In this document: one piece after another, positions 9,115 through 17,934 of the stretch
Layout of the letters: every line of letters begins with the position of its first letter
Position numbering within the stretch: the first letter of the stretch is position 1
DNA from: an uncultured Flavobacteriales bacterium
GTDB taxonomy: Bacteria; Bacteroidota; Bacteroidia; CAIKAF01
Reading direction: 5' to 3'
Length of the DNA stretch: 64,000 nucleotides
NCBI GenBank assembly: GCA_903825395.1
Contig: CAIKAF010000030.1
Coordinates: forward strand, 7,553 to 71,552
The notes under the pieces: generated by a model
What the model was told of the DNA's origin: nothing
Databases searched by the model: none
Seen by the model: only the letters and a program-made list of their open reading frames with translations
Program-made: the position numbers and the translations under genes

Positions 9115-10350
9115 ATGAAAAAAGAACGGATTTTAGAGCATTTGGATGCGCCGGAAGAACTGGAACGTCTATATAGATTCGATCGCAAGGGATTTATCGA
9201 GGCCTTTCAAGATTGGGCCGAAACGGCTCCCGAACACCCGGCTTTTGCCTTTTGGAAAGCCCGCATCGATTACAAACCAACACCAAGCCCCGTTCAACGG
9301 GAAGATTGGTTTTGGGTGATTGGGGCAGCTCTATTGAGCGGTATTGTGGTTCGCATTCCAGATATGTTTGATGTCAGTCCTGAATTTTTCTACCCCCGCA
9401 ATATCAGCATTGCCATTATGCCCATGCTCATGGCTTATTTTCTTAGACCCTCATTTAGCAATAGCCGGTTTTGGATGATTCCCGCCCTGGGAGTAGCGCT
9501 GGCCACCCTCTACATCAATCTGCTGCCAGAATCTATGAATGAAGATGTGTTCTTCTTGGTTTGCCTTCACCTACCTTTATTTATGTGGAGCCTTACGGGC
9601 GTTTCCTTTCTTGGCAAGGACTGGAAAAATTCAAAAAACCGCTTGGAATTTTTGAGGTTCAACGGCGATCTGCTCATCATGTCAACCTTGGTTTTTCAGG
9701 CCGGCGGATTGCTTAGTCTGATTACCATCGGGCTTTTTGAACTTATTGAATTTAGCATTGCCGAATGGTACTCCCGAAATGTGATGGTGATGGGGGCCGC
9801 GGCCATTCCATTGCTTAGCACCCATTGGGTACGCAGCAATCCCAAAATTGTAAATCGGCTATCGCCACTGATTGCCCGCGTGTTTTCTCCCATTGTGCTG
9901 TTAACCTTGAGCATTTATTTGGTCGCCATGATTTGGTCGGCCTATACCCTGTTTGAAGACCGGGACGCCTTATTGCTGTTTAATATGGTTTTGATTGCCG
10001 TTTTGGCTCTGATTTTATTTTCAATGGTAGAGGTGTCGCAAGGGCAATCGGCCAGCCTGCAATTGAAAATTTTAATTGCGCTTTCATTGGTCACCATTGC
10101 CATAAATTGCCTGGCGCTATCGGCCATTGTGTACCGTATTGTAGAATGGGGTTTCACTCCCAACCGACTGGCTGTTTTAGGGGGAAATGTATTGTTTTTG
10201 ATTCACTTGATTTTGGTAGCCGGGGCTTTAATTAGGGGCCTTCGCAGCAAGGAGCAGAACAACGGCATTGAGAGCGCCTTAGTTTGGTTTTTACCTGTAT
10301 ATGCGGCTTGGACCTTGGTGGTGGTAGTTCTATTCCCCATCCTTTTCTAA
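9115..10350 (+). CDS. Polytopic inner-membrane protein of unknown function
   Basis: About 10 hydrophobic helices after a soluble N-terminus (MKKERILEHLDAPEELERLYRF). The track start at 8983 runs through repeat A1 and is rejected; ATG 9115 (or 9073) is preferred. Confidence 0.6.
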   Translation: MKKERILEHLDAPEELERLYRFDRKGFIEAFQDWAETAPEHPAFAFWKARIDYKPTPSPVQREDWFWVIGAALLSGIVVRIPDMFDVSPEFFYPRNISIAIMPMLMAYFLRPSFSNSRFWMIPALGVALATLYINLLPESMNEDVFFLVCLHLPLFMWSLTGVSFLGKDWKNSKNRLEFLRFNGDLLIMSTLVFQAGGLLSLITIGLFELIEFSIAEWYSRNVMVMGAAAIPLLSTHWVRSNPKIVNRLSPLIARVFSPIVLLTLSIYLVAMIWSAYTLFEDRDALLLFNMVLIAVLALILFSMVEVSQGQSASLQLKILIALSLVTIAINCLALSAIVYRIVEWGFTPNRLAVLGGNVLFLIHLILVAGALIRGLRSKEQNNGIESALVWFLPVYAAWTLVVVVLFPILF

Positions 10351-10385
10351 TGAATGTATGGCAGCAAATTGGATTTTGCGATTAA

Positions 10386-10548
10386 CCCGCCGCTGCGGCA
10401 GGGATTGAAACGGGTAGCCGGCCATGCTGCCGGAGCCTGGCCCGCGTGGCGCGGAGGCGACCTTGGGAGCCACCGCAAGCCCGCTGGGCCAGCCTTCCGG
10501 CAGCGGCCGCCTACCGGAGAAAGCCCGTAGCCGCCCCAAAAATCCCCC
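10386..10548 (-). repeat. Family-A GC-rich long-hairpin element, copy A2 (subfamily II)
   Basis: ctgcggcagggattga...ggaggcgaccttgggagccaccgca...gtagccgccccaaaaatccccc. Abuts the stop codon of the 10548-11978 gene. Confidence 0.85.
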
Positions 10549-11978
10549 TATTTCAAATACCAAATTTTGCTGTACAACGGCCCCGATTTCGCTGCATATC
10601 CCTGGGCTTGAAGCTGCCGCTCCAGCTCTGATTCGTGCGAGACCTCCTGGCCTGTAATGACGACCTTGTACCGTTTCTGCTCCACCATCTGCACCATTTC
10701 ATTCAGCGTCCAAATGCCCAGCTCAGCGCGCCGTTGCTGCGGAATTCGGTCGGCAATGCGAACCAAAAAAGGCCCGCAGCTAAGTTCCGGCGGACCGGCA
10801 AAGCCCAATTCATGAGCCATTAGCGGACTGAGCGTTAGCGCAGAATCGGCCAGCATTGGGGCCTGATGAGCAGACCAAACCGGTTTTGAATTTTTCCATA
10901 TCCACCAGGAAGGTTTAGGCTGGGCAACAATCAAGACAAAAATGAGCAGCGCCACGGCCCGCTGGGCCTTGCCGGATGGGAAAAAACGCTTAAAATCAGC
11001 CACAATTAAAATGAACAACGGAGCTGTAATTAGGGGGAAATATTGCATAAACAGGGGCTGCATGGACAACAAAAGCACAACCGGGAGAAAAAAGAAGCTG
11101 AGGTACAATAGCATTCCCGACCCATTTTTTCTCCGGGCATGCCACAGCAACATCCAGGTGGCCAAGGCTATAAAAATCAAGCCATCAATCCGTAAAGCCC
11201 AATCAAAAAAATAGGCTAAACGGTCTTGAAAAATCAGATTGGGAGCTCCGATTTCCCATTTCCAAGCCGTGGTAATTTGGTGGAATTCCACATTCCCAAA
11301 CCAAGCCTGTTGAGGAAACAACAGCAAGGACAACCACAATGGCAGAGCGCCCAACAGGCCGCCCAAGCCCAGTGGAAGCACCCGTTTCATGTTGGGACTG
11401 TGGGCAAAAATAAGCACCGCAATGGGTATGAAAACGGCATAATAGGTCTTGGTGGCTATGGCCAAGCCCAACCACAACCCCGACTGAAAGGCAAGGCCCG
11501 GACTACGGTCGCCGCGCAGGTACGATTCGGTACGAAACGCGGCAAGGAAGAAAAACAAGACCGGCAAGCCGTAGTTCGATGCCTCAGAAAACGAGCGGAG
11601 CTGAGGATAGGCCAACATAAACCCCAGCGCCAGCAACAGGCTCAAATACAGAGGCATTCCCCGCTTGCGGGCAGCCGCCACCAATACCAAGGTGCTTGCA
11701 GTCCAAATCAGCAGCGCCGCCACCTTTCCTATGGCCAGCAATGAAACCGTATTGCCCAGAAGAACGATGAAGGGTGCCAGAACCATTGGATAGATCGGTC
11801 CTTGAAGAAAAGCAAAATCGAGGTACATTACCTCGCCCTGCGCCAGGCGCCAAGCCGTCATCAGGTACATGCTTTCGTTGTGGTCGTAAAACCCAAAAAT
11901 ATGCCTGCCGGCAAACCAAAGACCGGGCAACATCAACAACCACCATGCTCCAGAAAAGCGCTTGGCCTTCAGCAACAC
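10548..11978 (-). CDS. Polytopic membrane protein, ArnT/PMT-like GT-C glycosyltransferase candidate
   Basis: More than 10 TM helices and an acidic first loop (YDHNESMYL). GTG start 3 nt after the pepN stop; start uncertain. Confidence 0.45.
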   Translation of the reverse strand: MLLKAKRFSGAWWLLMLPGLWFAGRHIFGFYDHNESMYLMTAWRLAQGEVMYLDFAFLQGPIYPMVLAPFIVLLGNTVSLLAIGKVAALLIWTASTLVLVAAARKRGMPLYLSLLLALGFMLAYPQLRSFSEASNYGLPVLFFFLAAFRTESYLRGDRSPGLAFQSGLWLGLAIATKTYYAVFIPIAVLIFAHSPNMKRVLPLGLGGLLGALPLWLSLLLFPQQAWFGNVEFHQITTAWKWEIGAPNLIFQDRLAYFFDWALRIDGLIFIALATWMLLWHARRKNGSGMLLYLSFFFLPVVLLLSMQPLFMQYFPLITAPLFILIVADFKRFFPSGKAQRAVALLIFVLIVAQPKPSWWIWKNSKPVWSAHQAPMLADSALTLSPLMAHELGFAGPPELSCGPFLVRIADRIPQQRRAELGIWTLNEMVQMVEQKRYKVVITGQEVSHESELERQLQAQGYAAKSGPLYSKIWYLK

Positions 11979-11981
11979 GGG

Positions 11982-14426
11982 TTAGCGTATCTTACTTTGC
12001 ATTTGAGCCGCCAAATCCGGATGCGCTTGCAGCCAGCTGTTCAACATGGCTTGGTGCCGATGCCTTGACAACAGTTCCTTCAAGGTGCTGCGCACCGGAC
12101 CCGCCAAACGCCCATTGCTGTGTTCCATAGCCACAAGAGCATAATCCAACAAAGCCGGACTCAGGTAGTCCAACCGAGCCAAGGCCGCCCAAGCATGAGT
12201 TTGAGTAATGAACTCATACCTGGGTGATGCATAATCTTCCAATGATTTTAAGGCGGAGGCGGCTTGTGGAAGTTGATGCTTCACGGTCAATTCCAAGCGG
12301 CAAATTTCCAAACTCTTTCCTCGATTCCCAGACAAGGCGGGCGTGGCCGCCAACCACTCTGCCGCCCGTTCAGGCTGCCAACGGCAGGCCAGATTCAGCG
12401 CATTTTCCAGCAACTGATAACTGGCATTCGCTTGATTAAAAATGGCTTGAATTTCAGGCATCAACCCTGTCATCAAAGGACTAGGCAGCAGGGTCAGTAG
12501 CATTTGCGTACTTCCCTTTTGCAGTTCCATGTCGCTGCTTTTAATGGCCGACCGGAAAGCCGAAAGCACTTCGGGATCTGTTTCAATGGAGGGAAGCAAC
12601 TGCCGCAAGGCTTCCAATTTTAAGGCATGAAATTCGTGGGGGGAATTTAACACCTGCAGCAGTACGTTTTTTTTGTCGTTTAATGATACCTCCCGCATTT
12701 TTTCAAGGGCGGCATACCGATCCAACAGGCCTTTGGCATGCAGAGCCATATTGCGCAGGGCTTCAGGACTAGCTTCAAAGGTCTGCTTGCTCAATATTTG
12801 TCGGTTTTCATCGGCCACCATAAAATCCACTTCGGCTCCATCGGGCAAGGGCACGGTCAAGGTCACATTTTTGCTTCGAATCCACTGGCGAGAGCGAACA
12901 ACTTGGCCGTTTTTTAAATATACCGCCAGGTTCATCGGCATTTGAAATACGGAAGATAGCTCACCCACCTCTTGCTCTTGGCGAATAATAAAGCGAGCCT
13001 CGGGTTTTCCGTCCGCATTGGTTACTGTTTCGGTTATCACATGAAAATGGGGCTCTCCGCCTTTGTACACCCATTGGTTCCAAAACCAATCCAATTCCAA
13101 GCCCAATTCGTCGTGAAAACTGTTCAGCAAATCCTGAGAGTCCACATTTTTAAAGCCAAAGCTGCGCAGGTAGCGTCGAATGGCCTTGTTGTAATTGGCA
13201 CGACCGCAAACCTCCCTCAACATGTACAAAACGTGGGCGCCCTTTGGATAGTGGCGTACGGTGCCTGCTTGAGAATGAGCAACGGGCAGCAAATCTTCGC
13301 GGCTGGCTTGTAGCGCACTTTGTGCGGCGTTGTGCCGATTCCAATCAAAATGATCGGCTCCAAAGGCCTCCTTTTCATACAGCCAATTGTAGAAGGTCGC
13401 GAACGATTCTTGCAGCCAATGGTGCTTGGCAGAACGGGCGGTAATCAAATCGCCAAACCACTGATGGGCCAGTTCATGGGCATTAACAGCCACGTAATTC
13501 CGATCGCGGTAGCCCCGCTCATCAACGCAGAAAAAGTCACCAAAAACGGTGGCCGAGGTGTTTTCCATGGCTCCATACATAAAATCCTGAACGGGAATCT
13601 GGCTGTAGGTTTTCCAAGGATAAGGTATGCCAATTTCCTGTTCAAAGAAGTCGAACATTTCCACCGAATAGCGGTAGGTGGGCTCGGCGCGATCGGCATG
13701 ATCGGGATAATACAGCAGCTTCATTGGAACACCGGAAGCCGATTTCTTTTCCAACACCTTGTACTCACCAATGCCCAGCATGATTAAATAATTGGCATGG
13801 GGAGCAGGCATTTTGTACTGCCATTCGATCTGACCGTCCTTTGTTTTTTTGCGCGAAACCAGGCCTCCGTTGGACAACACATAATAGGGCTCCGGGAAGG
13901 TAACCCTCAGTTCTGAAACCACTTTATCGTTTTGGCTATCGAACATGGGAATCCAGTGGCGGTTGTCGGTTCCTTGACCTTGAGACCAGATTTGTTTTCG
14001 GTTGGTGTTGCTGGGGTCGTCCCAGCCGATAAAATACAGGCCTTTTTTGGGCGTGGCGGTGTAGGTGATTTCGAGGGTATTCAGTTGGGCGGTGTCGGGG
14101 CTGGGATTAAACCGCAGCACGATGCCCTGGTTTGCCAATTCATAGGGAAACGCTTTCCCATTCAATTGCATGGAAGAAATTTGAATACCGGGGGCATCCA
14201 GGAAAATGGAATCTACGCCCAGGCGTTTGGCCTTGAAGGTATGGGTTACTTTTCCCATCACTTTTTTGGCTTCAGGCTTGAACGACAGTTCAGCCAGCAA
14301 GTAGGTAAAATCCACACCATGTTCGCGGGGCGGAGCACCGGGGTCGGTAGCGGTAAAATGAAGGGGCTGTTGGGCTTGAGTGGCCAGGGCGGCACACAGG
14401 CAAAGTGCAGTAAATACCATTCTCAT
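11982..14426 (-). CDS. pepN: M1-family aminopeptidase N with C-terminal HEAT-like region
   Basis: GAMENTSATVF exopeptidase motif, HELAHQWFGDL zinc motif plus downstream WLQESFATF glutamate. Signal peptide MRMVFTALCLCAALATQAQ. Confidence 0.9.
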   Translation of the reverse strand: MRMVFTALCLCAALATQAQQPLHFTATDPGAPPREHGVDFTYLLAELSFKPEAKKVMGKVTHTFKAKRLGVDSIFLDAPGIQISSMQLNGKAFPYELANQGIVLRFNPSPDTAQLNTLEITYTATPKKGLYFIGWDDPSNTNRKQIWSQGQGTDNRHWIPMFDSQNDKVVSELRVTFPEPYYVLSNGGLVSRKKTKDGQIEWQYKMPAPHANYLIMLGIGEYKVLEKKSASGVPMKLLYYPDHADRAEPTYRYSVEMFDFFEQEIGIPYPWKTYSQIPVQDFMYGAMENTSATVFGDFFCVDERGYRDRNYVAVNAHELAHQWFGDLITARSAKHHWLQESFATFYNWLYEKEAFGADHFDWNRHNAAQSALQASREDLLPVAHSQAGTVRHYPKGAHVLYMLREVCGRANYNKAIRRYLRSFGFKNVDSQDLLNSFHDELGLELDWFWNQWVYKGGEPHFHVITETVTNADGKPEARFIIRQEQEVGELSSVFQMPMNLAVYLKNGQVVRSRQWIRSKNVTLTVPLPDGAEVDFMVADENRQILSKQTFEASPEALRNMALHAKGLLDRYAALEKMREVSLNDKKNVLLQVLNSPHEFHALKLEALRQLLPSIETDPEVLSAFRSAIKSSDMELQKGSTQMLLTLLPSPLMTGLMPEIQAIFNQANASYQLLENALNLACRWQPERAAEWLAATPALSGNRGKSLEICRLELTVKHQLPQAASALKSLEDYASPRYEFITQTHAWAALARLDYLSPALLDYALVAMEHSNGRLAGPVRSTLKELLSRHRHQAMLNSWLQAHPDLAAQMQSKIR

Positions 14427-14430
14427 GGCT

Positions 14431-14438
14431 CAAATGTA
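14431..14438 (-). promoter_or_regulatory. Bacteroidota -7 box TACATTTG, 4 nt upstream of pepN ATG
   Basis: Minus strand reads TACATTTG-agcc-ATG; matches the TAnnTTTG consensus. Confidence 0.45.
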
Positions 14439-14563
14439 GCCAATTTTAACGGGAAGGAGTGGGGAATTAATTCGCTTTCTGATGTTTAAATTGCCAAACG
14501 CCCGGCTGAAATTTCAGCAGCGATTCCATTGATTTTGAATTGAATTCCTTAAAAGAATCAGGA

Positions 14564-16147
14564 TTAAAATTGAGCTTGATTGATGAGTGCTACCGTGAAA
14601 ATACTCAGCAAAAACCACCCTATAAATCCCTGAATTATGCAAATATACCGGGCAACTCCCTTGGTTGGAATATTTCCAAAACCCAATGTTGTAAACGCAT
14701 TTAAACTTAAGGCGGTTGCATTAGCAACACTTATTATAAAACCAAAAAGCATAGTTAAAAAAGGGAAAAAATAACCCTTATCATTTTTCGAGATGAAGTT
14801 CTTAAAGTTTATGATTAATTGAGACTTACTACTTAAATCCCAATCTGATGGAAAGAAAAAATAAATAAATCCGAAAATCAAAATAATATAAAAAGAAACA
14901 ACAAGAGCATTTGCGGGATCGGTACCATAGTTTGTATAGTATTTTAAAAGCCGATTTAAATTAAAATCAAAAAAAGTTTTAAAAGAGGGATTTAACACAT
15001 ATTGATCTGCCAATTTTCGGTGCTCAATTTCCCGAATCTTTACATAAACCTTATTGGCCGACTCAAAATCGCCGACTGTTTTATAAAAATCATACAGTCC
15101 CTTATGCACACGCAAAAGGGTTTTATATCCAAGGTCATCTTTAATTTGGTCTTTTGTGCTTGCATCATAAAAGTATTTGTTATGTATAATGCCAAACTCC
15201 AAATTGTTCAAAGAAGTCCAGTTAATATAACTCGTTTTATCTAATCCATTAAAATCAAATGCGAGATTTTTTAAAAAGGAATTGCTGTCTAAAAAAACAA
15301 AGCCCTTTTCAAACTGAATGTAGGCATTGGAATTAAATTGATTTCGAAACAAGGTGGCATAGTCAGAAAATAAATTCAATACATTAAACTCTTCTTTTCC
15401 CCCTGTAAAGGAACACCCAATAATATGGGTTGAATAAATATGGTCTAAATCCCAAAATATTTCTCCAAACTTGCAACCCTCGACCTGAAATTCAGACTCT
15501 TTATGCAGTTGTATGTACGTATTTCCTGTCGAGAAATCACTGTTCAAAATTTGACTGGTGGATTTTTGAAGCTCGATAAAAAAAAGATTGTTAAGTTTTG
15601 TGTGATTGAATTTTAAGAAAAATCGATAGTCTGTATTCTCTCTAAAGAGCACTTGAAAATCCTGAACGACGCAGGAATCGACCAAAATAGCCCCCCCGAA
15701 TTTCTGTCCATACAAGCCTACAAAATCTTCTGAGACCGTAGGGAAGTTGCAATTCTCAAAAAATACGGCTCCCTCAAAATAGACATTTGAAAAGCGAATA
15801 TCATTGTCAAATGTGCAGTTGACGAATTGAATGATTTTTCTTTTGGCCCTATACATCCCCTCTTTATCTTTTTGAGCACCCTTGGTTTTCAGGTAGTTTA
15901 AGAATCCGCCGTAGATGGTTTCTGGGGCCCCTCCGTTGGTGTAAGTGCTTGTGAAGGTTTCGGCTCCATTTTCAGGCAAATCATTGAGAAAATGAATGTT
16001 TTTATAAATAAGGCTGTCTTTGCCACTTAAGAATATATCTTGAGCCAACTGAGAGTAGCTTGAGTTTGGTTCGGTTTGGGCGTAAGCAAGCAAACCTAAA
16101 ACCCAAAGAGCTGCGGATAAAACAAAGTGAGTTCGTTTCATAGTCAA
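14564..16147 (-). CDS. K+-channel-like protein: secreted N-terminal domain (pentapeptide-repeat-like) fused to a 2-TM pore module
   Basis: Signal peptide. CTFDNDIRFSNVYFEGAVFFENCNF repeat-like stretch. C-terminal TMs flank the selectivity-filter-like FTTLGFGNIP (T-x-G-F-G). The gene is strongly AT-rich compared with its neighbours. Confidence 0.6.
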   Translation of the reverse strand: MTMKRTHFVLSAALWVLGLLAYAQTEPNSSYSQLAQDIFLSGKDSLIYKNIHFLNDLPENGAETFTSTYTNGGAPETIYGGFLNYLKTKGAQKDKEGMYRAKRKIIQFVNCTFDNDIRFSNVYFEGAVFFENCNFPTVSEDFVGLYGQKFGGAILVDSCVVQDFQVLFRENTDYRFFLKFNHTKLNNLFFIELQKSTSQILNSDFSTGNTYIQLHKESEFQVEGCKFGEIFWDLDHIYSTHIIGCSFTGGKEEFNVLNLFSDYATLFRNQFNSNAYIQFEKGFVFLDSNSFLKNLAFDFNGLDKTSYINWTSLNNLEFGIIHNKYFYDASTKDQIKDDLGYKTLLRVHKGLYDFYKTVGDFESANKVYVKIREIEHRKLADQYVLNPSFKTFFDFNLNRLLKYYTNYGTDPANALVVSFYIILIFGFIYFFFPSDWDLSSKSQLIINFKNFISKNDKGYFFPFLTMLFGFIISVANATALSLNAFTTLGFGNIPTKGVARYICIIQGFIGWFLLSIFTVALINQAQF

Positions 16148-16298
16148 CGATTTGAGAACGAATTTAGTGGTTTCAACAACATTTTATGGTGGGATTTTTG
16201 GTGAGGTCGGCAAATACCTACCAGCTATCTCACGAACAAGTATTCCCGACAATTTGGAGAGTTTTGAAGTAAAAAGCGTGATTCAGGGTTGAATGCCT

Positions 16299-16500
16299 GT
16301 TTTTTTACCACAGAGTTCGCAAAGGGAGGCGCAAAGGGCACAGAGAGGTTGTCGTTTAGCGCGTGCGCAAAGGAATTGCGAGCCTCCTTTGTGAACTTTG
16401 CGCCTCCCTCCGCGCACGTTGCGGTAAAAAATTGACAGCTATGCCTTGAAGGGGTTTTAACACAAAGCACCCAAAGTCGATACAAAGGACCCAAGGGGGG
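16299..16500. repeat. Family-B repeat, palindromic partial copy
   Basis: tttttttaccacagagttcgcaaagggaggcgcaaag ... ctttgtgaactttgcgcctccc...gttgcggtaaaaaa...ttttaacacaaag. Same word set as the copies at 25790, 49590 and 51720. Confidence 0.75.
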
Positions 16501-16568
16501 ATTCGTGATTAGAGTGGCTTATTGCGGCCTTGTTGGCATAGAAAAATCAAGCCATTGCCCGTCTTTTC

Positions 16569-17243
16569 TCACCACAGCTCTACCTCACTCTCCCAGTTCT
16601 TAATTGCCACCCGACTGCACAGATGCGCCGAATAATCTACAAATGTAGCCCTGGAATCCCCCGTCGGATTCACCGTCCTGCAATGCCATTGTTCCTCAGC
16701 CAGCGCCGCCCCAGCTTCGTTCAACACGATGCTGTGCACGGGAATCCGCATGCCCCGGCCATCGGCCTTCATCACCGCCTCTTTTTTACTCCATGAATCA
16801 AAAAAAGCCCGCTTTTCGTCCTCCGCATGCTGAATGTGCATCAATTCCATGGCCGAAAACTGACGGCTGAATAAGCCCGAATCTATTTCTCTATGCTTTT
16901 CCACATCAAACCCCACCCGATGCTCAGCATGAGTGGCCATACCAATCCAACCCCCGCTGTGGCTAATATTGAAATCCGGACCACCCGGAAAATATGGCCT
17001 ACCAAATTTATCCACCTCAAATTCCCTCCACCGCTCCGAGGCTATTTCATACATGCGTAGATACTCCAACCGCAGGCGCCGCCCCGCCAAAAACCTCCAT
17101 CGATCGGCCGCTTGTCCGTACCGCACTGCTTCATCTACCCATTCCAGCGGCAAGTCATACCTCAGCACACAATCCCGAAGCTCCGACATCGGCAGGTTCT
17201 CTTGCACCCGCACCCATTTCAATCGAAAAGGCTCAGTTCCCAT
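16569..17243 (-). CDS. Sfp-type 4'-phosphopantetheinyl transferase
   Basis: FNISHSGGWIGMA and WSKKEAVMKADGRG motifs characteristic of the PPTase superfamily. Confidence 0.8.
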   Translation of the reverse strand: MGTEPFRLKWVRVQENLPMSELRDCVLRYDLPLEWVDEAVRYGQAADRWRFLAGRRLRLEYLRMYEIASERWREFEVDKFGRPYFPGGPDFNISHSGGWIGMATHAEHRVGFDVEKHREIDSGLFSRQFSAMELMHIQHAEDEKRAFFDSWSKKEAVMKADGRGMRIPVHSIVLNEAGAALAEEQWHCRTVNPTGDSRATFVDYSAHLCSRVAIKNWESEVELW

Positions 17244-17931
17244 AGCTTAACCGTGTTTTCAGGTGATTCAACAACCAATCCATGTCCTCAAAAATCCAGA
17301 AATGATGCCCGGGCCTGCGCTGAAACTCAATCGGAATGCTGCTTTCCAGTTGCCAGTCTGTCAACTGCACATCGGGTACCTGCTCTTCCGTACCGCACAA
17401 AACCGACAACGGCACAGCATAAGGCTCGGCCAGCCGATGCCGAAAGGTGTCGATGGCATAAAAGTCATTTCGTACCATGGGTAGAAAAATACGCAACAAT
17501 TCCGGATTGTTCAAAATGGCCTCCGGCATACCATGCAATTCCCGAAGTTTTTCAGTGAACTCGGCATCGGTCAATATGCTGCGCTTTTTGTCGAAATGAT
17601 GCGCCGGAGCCACCTTCGAGGTCAATACCGCTCCATACGGCAGGGGCTTCCCCTCATCGCGCAGGCGCCGCATCAGCAAGTGCGCCACATAGCAACCCAT
17701 GGAATGTCCATAAAAGGCAAACGGGCCCTCCAATTGCCCCTGCATCTGCCGGTAATGCTCTTCGGCAATTTGATGCAAATTCCGCAACAATGGCTCTTTG
17801 ATTCGAGAACCCTTCCCGGGCATTTCAAAGGTAACGCAACGAAAATCAGGGTCGAGTGCTTCGGTCAATTTTAAGTACGAGGCGGCATTCCCGCCTCCAA
17901 ATGAAAACATGAACAAGGTTGGCTTAGTCAC
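17233..17931 (-). CDS. Type II thioesterase (alpha/beta hydrolase)
   Basis: LFMFSFGGGNAASY N-terminus, GHSMGC nucleophile elbow, ~230 aa. 11-nt overlap with the PPTase gene. Confidence 0.8.
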   Translation of the reverse strand: MTKPTLFMFSFGGGNAASYLKLTEALDPDFRCVTFEMPGKGSRIKEPLLRNLHQIAEEHYRQMQGQLEGPFAFYGHSMGCYVAHLLMRRLRDEGKPLPYGAVLTSKVAPAHHFDKKRSILTDAEFTEKLRELHGMPEAILNNPELLRIFLPMVRNDFYAIDTFRHRLAEPYAVPLSVLCGTEEQVPDVQLTDWQLESSIPIEFQRRPGHHFWIFEDMDWLLNHLKTRLSYGN

Positions 17932-17934
17932 TGT

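Noticed and set aside
10330-10657. Track ORFs rich in Ala/Pro/Gly/Arg overlapping family-A repeats. Here these are 10330-10563, 10424-10657 and 10446-10631. Equivalents at other copies are 19815-20090, 19868-20059, 30877-31062, 30981-31175, 31047-31286, 35608-35868, 35712-35996, 46713-47015, 46814-47017, 60076-60327 and 60213-60506.
   Set aside because: They exist in several frames and on both strands over the same GC-rich palindromic DNA. They have low-complexity composition and no start context. They are by-products of the repeat sequence.
11203-11946. ORFs 11203-11475, 11226-11744 and 11584-11946
   Set aside because: They overlap the 476-aa polytopic membrane protein gene in other frames or on the other strand. 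Their Arg/Gln-rich composition is typical of the antisense of membrane genes.
14504-14517. Palindrome gctgaaatttcagc as terminator of the channel gene
   Set aside because: After allowing a loop only about 5 bp of stem remain, and there is no clear U-tract. This is too weak to call.
16225-16494. 89-aa ORF, and the similar 51637-51846, 51697-51879 and 51958-52176 ORFs
   Set aside because: They are encoded by family-B repeat DNA (the ...GAKFTEGDI-type words recur at every copy in whichever frame is open). They are not credible genes.
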